Of a stretch of DNA of 31,067 nucleotides, positions 24,769 through 31,067 are shown piece by piece. Both the position numbers and the translations under genes were made by a program. A model generated the notes under the pieces. The model did no database searches. It saw only the letters and a list, made by a program, of their open reading frames with translations, and was not told the origin of the DNA. Source of the stretch: Actinomycetota bacterium (GTDB lineage Bacteria; Actinomycetota; CADDZG01; WHSQ01). Location of the stretch: NCBI GenBank assembly GCA_034665605.1, contig JAXDJM010000138.1, positions 1 through 31,067 of the forward strand. Direction: 5' to 3'. How positions within the stretch are numbered: the first letter of the stretch is position 1; every line of letters begins with the position of its first letter.

Positions 24769-25455
24769 GTGACGTCGACCTCTGCTGCCGTCGAGGACTA
24801 CCTCAAAGCCGTTTATGTCCTCGGAGAGGAGGAGCGAGACGCCGATGGGCGCTCGCGCGTCGTAGCGACCACGGCCCTCGCCCGCAGGCTCGGTGTATCG
24901 CCCCCGTCTGCGACGAACATGTTGAAGAAGCTCGATGCGCTCGGGCTGATCGTCCACTCGCGCTACCGGGGCGCCGAGCTCACGCCGGCCGGCCGCGCCC
25001 TTGCGCTAGAGGTGATCAGGCACCACCGACTGCTCGAGACATACCTGGCCACCGCGCTTGGAGTTCCGTGGGACGAGGTCCACGAAGAAGCCGAGGTTCT
25101 GGAGCACGTGTTGTCCGAAGGGCTCGAGGACCGCATCGCCGCGCAGCTCGGCGATCCCACAGCCGACCCACACGGTCATCCCATCCCGCGCCGGGACGGC
25201 CGCGTCCCCGATGCAGAGCAATCGAGATTGTGGGACCTGCCCGTGGGGGCGACCGCCACGGTGGCGCGGGTCCCCGACTCGGACGCGCGGACGCTTCGGT
25301 ACCTCGATGCGACCGGTATCCGTCCCGGAACTGAGGTGCGCGTCGTCGCCGTCGGCCCGGTCGACGGGCCGTTATTCGTGACGGCGATCGGCTCGGCTGA
25401 GGAACCATGCGCGCTGTCCAAATGTCTTGCCGAGTCGATATGGGTGACACGGTGA
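24769..25455 (+). CDS. mntR: DtxR/MntR-family metal-dependent repressor with C-terminal FeoA/SH3-like domain
   Basis: EDYLKAVY, VSPPSATNMLKKL, RHHRLLETYL, EEAEVLEH and DPHGHPIP. Directly upstream of mntH. Confidence 0.9.
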   Translation: MTSTSAAVEDYLKAVYVLGEEERDADGRSRVVATTALARRLGVSPPSATNMLKKLDALGLIVHSRYRGAELTPAGRALALEVIRHHRLLETYLATALGVPWDEVHEEAEVLEHVLSEGLEDRIAAQLGDPTADPHGHPIPRRDGRVPDAEQSRLWDLPVGATATVARVPDSDARTLRYLDATGIRPGTEVRVVAVGPVDGPLFVTAIGSAEEPCALSKCLAESIWVTR

Positions 25456-26750
25456 AGTCGGAGAGCGGACGGTCGCCTTCCGCCGCTGACATCAAGGCTC
25501 AATCCGCCGCGGAGCAAGCGCTGGCCGGACGCGGACGGGGATTTCGCGCTCGGATCCTTCCGTTTTTGGGCCCGGCTTTCATCGCGTGCGTCGCGTACGT
25601 CGACCCCGGCAACTTCGCAACGAACATCCAGGGCGGGTCGGAGTTCGGCTATCTCTTGGTGTGGGTCGTTGTCGCCGCGAACCTGATGGCGGTGTTGATC
25701 CAATTCCTGTCGGCCAAGCTCGGGATCGCGACGGGAAAGAACCTGCCCGAGTTGATGAGGGATCGGTTCCCGCGGCCGGTCGTCTACGGCCTCTGGACCC
25801 TCGCCGAGATCGTTGCGATGGCAACGGACCTCGCCGAGTTCCTGGGGGCCGCGCTCGGCTTCAACCTCTTGTTCGGCATCCCCTTGTTCGTTGCGGGCCT
25901 GCTGACCGGGCTTACGACTTTCCTCATCCTCGGTCTTCAACAACGCGGATTCCGGCCCCTCGAGGCCGTCATCACGGCTTTGGTTGGTGTCATCGCGGTT
26001 TGCTACCTGGTCGAGACGGTGATGGGCAAGCCAGATCTCGGCGCCGCGGCGAAGAGTTTCTTGCCGCCGGGGTTCGCCGGAACGAACAGCGTTCTTCTCG
26101 CCACCGGGATCCTGGGGGCAACCGTCATGCCCCACGTGATCTACCTGCACTCGGCGTTGACTCAGGATCGGATCGTCGTGCACGACGAAACGCGTCTCAA
26201 GCGGTTGATGCGTTTTCAGCTTGTCGATGTGGTGATCGCGATGGGACTTGCGGGGCTGGTGAACGTCGCTATGTTGATGATGGCCGCCGCCACCTTTCAC
26301 ACCTCCGGCCACACGCACGTAGCGAGCATCGAGCAAGCACATCGAACCTTGACCCCGTTGCTTGGACGAGCTTCGAGCATCGTGTTCGCGATCTCACTTC
26401 TCGCTTCGGGTCTCTCGTCGTCGACCGTGGGAACGATGGCGGGACAGGTCATCATGCAAGGGTTCCTGCACTGGCACATACCGCTGTGGGTGAGGCGTTT
26501 GGTCACGATGGCTCCGGCCCTCGTGATCATCGCGATAGGCCTCGATCCCACCCGAACGCTCGTGCTCAGTCAGGTGGTGCTGTCGTTCGGCATCCCGTTC
26601 GCTCTCATCCCGCTGGTCGCCTTTACGGCTAAGGGGTCCCTGATGGGCGTGTTGAGGAACCGATGGCCGACCACCGTGACTGCGGCCGGCCTTGCGGCCT
26701 TGATCAGCGCATTGAATGTTTTGCTGCTCTATAAGACCTTTGTGTCATGA
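25452..26750 (+). CDS. mntH: Nramp-family divalent metal (Mn2+) importer
   Basis: YVDPGNFATN, MATDLAEFLG, GATVMPHVIYLHS and SQVVLS. GTGA overlap with the mntR stop. Confidence 0.95.
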   Translation: MKSESGRSPSAADIKAQSAAEQALAGRGRGFRARILPFLGPAFIACVAYVDPGNFATNIQGGSEFGYLLVWVVVAANLMAVLIQFLSAKLGIATGKNLPELMRDRFPRPVVYGLWTLAEIVAMATDLAEFLGAALGFNLLFGIPLFVAGLLTGLTTFLILGLQQRGFRPLEAVITALVGVIAVCYLVETVMGKPDLGAAAKSFLPPGFAGTNSVLLATGILGATVMPHVIYLHSALTQDRIVVHDETRLKRLMRFQLVDVVIAMGLAGLVNVAMLMMAAATFHTSGHTHVASIEQAHRTLTPLLGRASSIVFAISLLASGLSSSTVGTMAGQVIMQGFLHWHIPLWVRRLVTMAPALVIIAIGLDPTRTLVLSQVVLSFGIPFALIPLVAFTAKGSLMGVLRNRWPTTVTAAGLAALISALNVLLLYKTFVS

Positions 26751-27652
26751 CCGACTTCGATCACGTCCTGGTTCCGCTCGACGGCTCGCACCTGGCCGAG
26801 GACATCCTCGGACCGGCTGCCTATTTCTGTCTGCGTTTAGGCGCGCGCATGACGCTTCTCCACGTCGTCGAGGAATATGCCCCGCAGACCGTTCACGGTG
26901 AACGACATCTCGCAACATCTGCCGAAGCGGGCGCTTACCTAGATGCGATCGCCGCCGGCCTCAGGTCGACGGGGGTGGACGTCGACGCACACGTGCACCA
27001 GCGTTCGGTCGGAGACGTAGCGGCCGCGATCGACACGCATGCGCACGAGTTCGACGCGGACCTGATCGCCATGTGTAAGCACGGTCGTACCGGCTTGCGC
27101 CAAAGACTCGTCGTGGGATCCATTGCCCAGCAGATCCTCCGTGCGGGCGGAACGCCGATCCTCTTGCGGATGCCGCGGGTGACTAGGGAACCCGAGTCTT
27201 TCTCCGTGGCTCGGGTCCTCATACCTCTCGATGCTCACCACGACGCGGGGGCCGCGCTCGCGGCCGCTCGCGATCTTTGTTTGTCTTTCGGTGCCACGGC
27301 CGACCTTTTGACCGTGGTGCCGTCTCTTGCCGAGGCGCGCAAGGCGACCCCTGCGGTTCGGCTCCTGCCAAGCGCCGCGGCCGCGCAGCTGCAGATGGAA
27401 CGTGACGACGCGACGCTGACGCTCTTGGAACATTCTCGTGGATTGGAGAGCGCGGGGATCAGTACTCGAGTTGCGACGCGCGTCGAGGAGCCCGCCGAAG
27501 CCATACTTAAAGAAGCCGACGATGTGAACGCGGACCTGATCGTCCTCAGCACTCACGCTCGTACCGGGTTCGGTGCCTGGTACACGGGGAGCACCGGATA
27601 TCGAGTGATAACGGAAGCGAAGCAGACCTTGCTCTTACTAAGAGAGTTGTAG
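26747..27652 (+). CDS. Tandem-domain universal stress protein
   Basis: Two USP repeats: VLVPLDGS...HGRTG..RLVVGSIA and VLIPLDA...THARTG...GSTG. ATGA-coupled to mntH. Confidence 0.88.
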   Translation: MTDFDHVLVPLDGSHLAEDILGPAAYFCLRLGARMTLLHVVEEYAPQTVHGERHLATSAEAGAYLDAIAAGLRSTGVDVDAHVHQRSVGDVAAAIDTHAHEFDADLIAMCKHGRTGLRQRLVVGSIAQQILRAGGTPILLRMPRVTREPESFSVARVLIPLDAHHDAGAALAAARDLCLSFGATADLLTVVPSLAEARKATPAVRLLPSAAAAQLQMERDDATLTLLEHSRGLESAGISTRVATRVEEPAEAILKEADDVNADLIVLSTHARTGFGAWYTGSTGYRVITEAKQTLLLLREL

Positions 27653-28389
27653 TGGAAGAACTGACCCTGGTCGCGACCTGCGACGGCAATGCCCTCGCGG
27701 TCGGTGCGTGGCGTGTCGCGGATCCGAAAGGCACCGTGGTTTTGTTCCACGGGATCCCATCCGCCACACCGGACGCCCCCGGCACTCCGGGATATCGCGA
27801 GTTCGCTCGAACGATCGCGGACGCGGGATGGAATGCGGTGTGGGCGGATATGCGCGCGGTTCGTAACTCCCCCGGTTTCTTCACGATCGAGGGTTGGGTG
27901 CGCGACGTTGGTGCCGTCGCCGATGTCGCGCGCGGGCTGGGAGCCGCCAAGTTGATCCTTGTGGGATCCTCGGCGGGCGGCGCGGTCGCTGCCAAGGCGA
28001 TAGCGCGCGGCGTCGCCGCCGACGGACTCGCGTTATTGGGGACGCCTGCCGCGTGGGTTTCCTTCGCGTCTTCTCCAGACCTCGCTGCGATGCTGATAAC
28101 TCGTGAGGCCGGGATGGCGCTGTCCGAAGAGGTTCTTGCCGATCCCCGTGCATGGGCCGCTGAGTTCGCCGATGTCGAAACCGAGCGAGCGGTAGTGGAT
28201 CTGGAGATCCCCATCCTGATCGTGCATGGCACGGCCGACGACGTCGTCCCCGTCGAGCACGCAGATCGCATCGCGAAGAACGCACGCGATGTCGAGACCG
28301 CGATCATTCCGGGCGCATCCCATCGGCTACGTCACGAGCCCGAAGCCGTCGACATCCTGCTCGAGTGGCTGGAGAGACAAGCGTCGTGA
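27652..28389 (+). CDS. Alpha/beta hydrolase
   Basis: FHGIP, GSSAGG, HGTADDVVP and GASH give a Ser-Asp-His triad. TAGTG overlap with the usp stop. Confidence 0.85.
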   Translation: MEELTLVATCDGNALAVGAWRVADPKGTVVLFHGIPSATPDAPGTPGYREFARTIADAGWNAVWADMRAVRNSPGFFTIEGWVRDVGAVADVARGLGAAKLILVGSSAGGAVAAKAIARGVAADGLALLGTPAAWVSFASSPDLAAMLITREAGMALSEEVLADPRAWAAEFADVETERAVVDLEIPILIVHGTADDVVPVEHADRIAKNARDVETAIIPGASHRLRHEPEAVDILLEWLERQAS

Positions 28390-28631
28390 TCAAGATCGTC
28401 TACGCCATAGTCGTTGCGGGCATCCTTCTGGTCATCGCGGGAGGTCTTGCCAACGGCTTCGACTCGACGACAGTCGTCATCCTGTGCCTTGCCGTGGCTT
28501 TCGGGATCCTCGCGATCGGGGTGTCCCGTCGCTTTGCCACCGGCGTCGTTGGGCCCGCTACCTGTGCGGAATGCGGCAAAGCGATCGCACCGAGCTCTCC
28601 GTACTGCAAGCACTGCGGCGCGCTGCGCTGA
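28386..28631 (+). CDS. Small two-TM protein with C-terminal zinc ribbon
   Basis: GTGA-coupled. Two hydrophobic helices, then CAECGKAIAPSSPYCKHCG (CxxC-x10-CxxC). Confidence 0.78.
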   Translation: MIKIVYAIVVAGILLVIAGGLANGFDSTTVVILCLAVAFGILAIGVSRRFATGVVGPATCAECGKAIAPSSPYCKHCGALR

Positions 28632-28652
28632 GTTGCTCTGCCGCGTGAACCG

Positions 28653-28919
28653 CTACAACAAGGACGCTTGGTTCTTCGCGCGCTTGCGGGACGGCGCCTT
28701 CTGTTCGTCTTCCGCCGGGTGTTCGATCACCGCGACGACGCGCGTTGCCATGAAGCGACCACTCCGGACGATGACCCCGGTGCGCGTGACTTCGGAAACC
28801 TCGATCGTGCCGCGCACGTTTGAGATCTCGACCCTCCGTCCCGCCTTCGACGCGACGATCTCGTAGGTCTTCGTGGCGTCGCCAACGTCCACGACGATCT
28901 CGACCCGATCACCTTTCAT
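28653..28919 (-). CDS. Hypothetical small beta-rich protein
   Basis: 88 aa from ATG 28919 that fill the gap between operons. Plausible beta-strand pattern and basic tail; family not recognised. Confidence 0.6.
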   Translation of the reverse strand: MKGDRVEIVVDVGDATKTYEIVASKAGRRVEISNVRGTIEVSEVTRTGVIVRSGRFMATRVVAVIEHPAEDEQKAPSRKRAKNQASLL

Positions 28920-29027
28920 AGCTTCATGCTCGCACGCGCGCCCGCTTGCGACCAATCGAGCTTGGGGCAGGCGATAGGGTCGATCTTTGGAGATGGGACG
29001 GGCGTCAAGCTAGCGGGAGGTACGGAA

Positions 29028-30452
29028 GTGGCAGAAGGCGGCGACGCTTTCGATGTAGTGATCCTCGGGGGAGGGAACGCCGGCTACTCGGCCGCGTTTC
29101 GGGCCGTCGAGCTAGGCCTTTCCGTCGCCATGGTCGAAAAAGACAAGGTTGGCGGCACCTGTTTGCACAGGGGCTGCATCCCGACGAAGGCTCTGCTCCA
29201 CTCGGCCGATCTGGTCGACGAGATCTCGAGCGCGGGCGAGTTCGGGCTCATCGTCGGCGAGCCGGAGGTCGACTGGGGCAAGGTTCTGAGCTTCAAAGAT
29301 TCGGTTGTCGGCCGCATGTACAAGGGCCTGTCCGGGTTGGTGAGGAAGCACAAGATCGAGCTCGTCGAGGGCGTCGGCAAACTCGTGGATAACAAGACCG
29401 TGTCTGTCGAGACCAAGGAGGGTAGCCGTCGCCTAACGGCGTCAAAAGGCCTGATCCTCGCGACCGGTTCCTACCCGCGAGACCTGCCCTTCATAAAGGC
29501 GGACGGCGACAAGGTCCACAACTCGAACCACGGCCTGGTTGCGCAGGACATCCCGTCTTCGATCATCATCGCCGGCGGCAACTACATCGGACTCGAGTTC
29601 GCGAGCGTCTATCGCAGCTTTGGAGCCAAGGTCGACGTCGTCGAGATGCTGCCCAAGATCGCACCGGCCGAGGATGACGACATCTCCGAGGCTCTGGCAA
29701 AGCTGTTGCAGAAACGGGGCATCAAGTTCCACCTCGGCACTTCCGTCTCGGCTGCAACACCGACCGACAGTGGGATCGATGTCGAGATCGAGAAGGATGG
29801 GACCAAAGAGACGCTCAGTGCCGACCGCCTGTTCGTCGCGATCGGACGCGGCCCCCGCACCGACGACATGGGCTTCGAAGAGGCCGGCGTAAAACTCGAC
29901 AAGGGCTACATCGTCGTGGACGAAGGATTCAGAACTTCAGTCGACGGGGTCTACGCGATCGGCGACGCGATCTACATGCCGGATGCCAACTGGCCGCACC
30001 CGCAACTCGCGCACGTAGCTTTCGCCGAGGGCCAGAAGGTCGCCGAGCGCATCGCGGGCCAGGATCCAGCGGCGGTCGATTACAAGAACATCCCCCACGT
30101 CATCTACTGCCAGCCCGAGGTTGCAGCCGTCGGACTCACGCAGAAGAAAGCTGAAGAGCTCGGCATGGAAGTGCAGACCACGCGCTATCCGTTCTCGGCA
30201 AATGCCCGAGCGCTGATGCTTGGTGGCGGTCAGGGCTTCGTGAAGAGCGTTGCCGAGAAAGGCGGAGCGGTCGTCGGCGTGCACATCATCGGCCCCCGTG
30301 CCTCGGACATCATCACCGAGGCTCAACTCGTTACTTCGTGGGAGGCGTATCCGGACGAGCTGGCCGAGCTCATGCATCCCCACCCGACTCTGTCCGAAGT
30401 CATCGGCGAGACGTTCCTCGAGCTCGCCGGCAAACCTCTCCACGGGGCGTAG
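29028..30452 (+). CDS. lpdA: Dihydrolipoyl dehydrogenase
   Basis: GGGNAG FAD-binding motif, redox disulfide GGTCLHRGCIPTK and C-terminal HPTLSE. GTG 29028 is preceded by GGGAGG. Confidence 0.95.
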   Translation: MAEGGDAFDVVILGGGNAGYSAAFRAVELGLSVAMVEKDKVGGTCLHRGCIPTKALLHSADLVDEISSAGEFGLIVGEPEVDWGKVLSFKDSVVGRMYKGLSGLVRKHKIELVEGVGKLVDNKTVSVETKEGSRRLTASKGLILATGSYPRDLPFIKADGDKVHNSNHGLVAQDIPSSIIIAGGNYIGLEFASVYRSFGAKVDVVEMLPKIAPAEDDDISEALAKLLQKRGIKFHLGTSVSAATPTDSGIDVEIEKDGTKETLSADRLFVAIGRGPRTDDMGFEEAGVKLDKGYIVVDEGFRTSVDGVYAIGDAIYMPDANWPHPQLAHVAFAEGQKVAERIAGQDPAAVDYKNIPHVIYCQPEVAAVGLTQKKAEELGMEVQTTRYPFSANARALMLGGGQGFVKSVAEKGGAVVGVHIIGPRASDIITEAQLVTSWEAYPDELAELMHPHPTLSEVIGETFLELAGKPLHGA

Positions 30453-30454
30453 AT

Positions 30455-30730
30455 ATGGACCGGACCGACCTCGACCAGCTTTCATCCCACGAGCTCCACG
30501 ATCGCGCCGTGTCCCACGCGACGCATCACCTCGATATCGCATTCTTGTGGCGTCTCATCAAGTCGATCCCTGCAGCGGAAGCCGCGGCAGGTGACATCGG
30601 TGAGGCAGAGGTCGACGTCGTCAGCGCGGCGAACGTACTGAACGACGTGGTCCACTCCGGCGAAGGGGACCTCGCCGACTCGCTCCGTCCGCTCTACATC
30701 GACTACCTCGCAGAGCACACCGACGCTTAA
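30455..30730 (+). CDS. Hypothetical helical protein
   Basis: ATG follows the lpdA stop after a 2-nt gap. 91 aa; LSSHELHDRAV...HLDIAFLW.L resembles conserved actinobacterial hypothetical proteins as recalled. Confidence 0.7.
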   Translation: MDRTDLDQLSSHELHDRAVSHATHHLDIAFLWRLIKSIPAAEAAAGDIGEAEVDVVSAANVLNDVVHSGEGDLADSLRPLYIDYLAEHTDA

Positions 30731-30740
30731 GCATTCACCG

Positions 30741-31067
30741 GCGGCCGGCTACTCGGGGACTCCGCTCCTGCAGAAGCTCGGCATCAAACAAGGTGCCCGC
30801 GTCGCCTTCGTGAACGCACCCGATGGGTTCGACAAGACCCTCGGCCCCCTTCCGGACGCGGTCCAGGTGCTCAAAAAGCCCGGCAAAGAGATGGACGTGC
30901 TCGTCTTCTTCACGGCCTCGAAAACCGAGCTCCGCCGGCGATTCGGGAGCCTCGCCCAAGCCCTCGCGCCGAACGGCGGTCTGTGGATCGGCTGGCCCAA
31001 GAAGGCGTCGAAGATCGCCACCGATCTGTCCGAGCAGGACGTCCGAGACATTGGGCTGGACGAGGGC
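30741..31067 (+). CDS. DUF3052-like protein, 3'-truncated by window; no canonical start codon visible
   Basis: Frame reads AAGYSGTPLLQKLGIK...GGLWIGWPKKASKIATDLSEQDVR, typical of this family. It is missing from the supplied ORF track. Confidence 0.75.

Noticed and set aside
1-31067. CRISPR arrays, tRNA/rRNA, transposases, integrases, phage genes
   Set aside because: None seen. Coding density leaves no gap longer than about 170 bp, and no direct-repeat array or mobile-element motif was recognised.

Overview
High-GC bacterial DNA, almost fully coding. It is most likely from an actinobacterium, based on the six-Mce operon with mceG, an LLM/F420-type oxidoreductase, a heteromeric acyl-CoA dehydrogenase pair and several apparently leaderless genes; finer taxonomy cannot be read from this window. 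Five blocks. (1) 799-10924 (-): a complete mce lipid-import operon, mceG-yrbEA-yrbEB-mceA-F plus one Mce-associated membrane protein. (2) 11093-16207: lipid catabolism genes, namely an alpha2beta2-type ACAD pair, an SCP2/alpha-beta-hydrolase fusion, a third ACAD and a membrane protein. (3) 16233-21252: ygfZ, an MBL hydrolase, and four genes that I recognise as homologues of the mycobacterial methylmannose polysaccharide (MMP) cluster (manT, a putative 3-O-methyltransferase, mmpH, meT1). This is the most interesting element. (4) 21328-28631: a membrane Moco oxidoreductase, then a manganese locus with a triple-CTD CDF exporter carrying an Asn-substituted metal site, an orphan receiver protein, a perfect 18-bp operator inside a leaderless promoter, and mntR-mntH-usp-hydrolase-zinc ribbon. 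(5) 28653-31067: a hypothetical gene, lpdA, a second hypothetical gene and a DUF3052-like gene. I saw no rRNA, tRNA, CRISPR array or mobile element. All family assignments come from motif recognition and recalled homologues; no database search was run.
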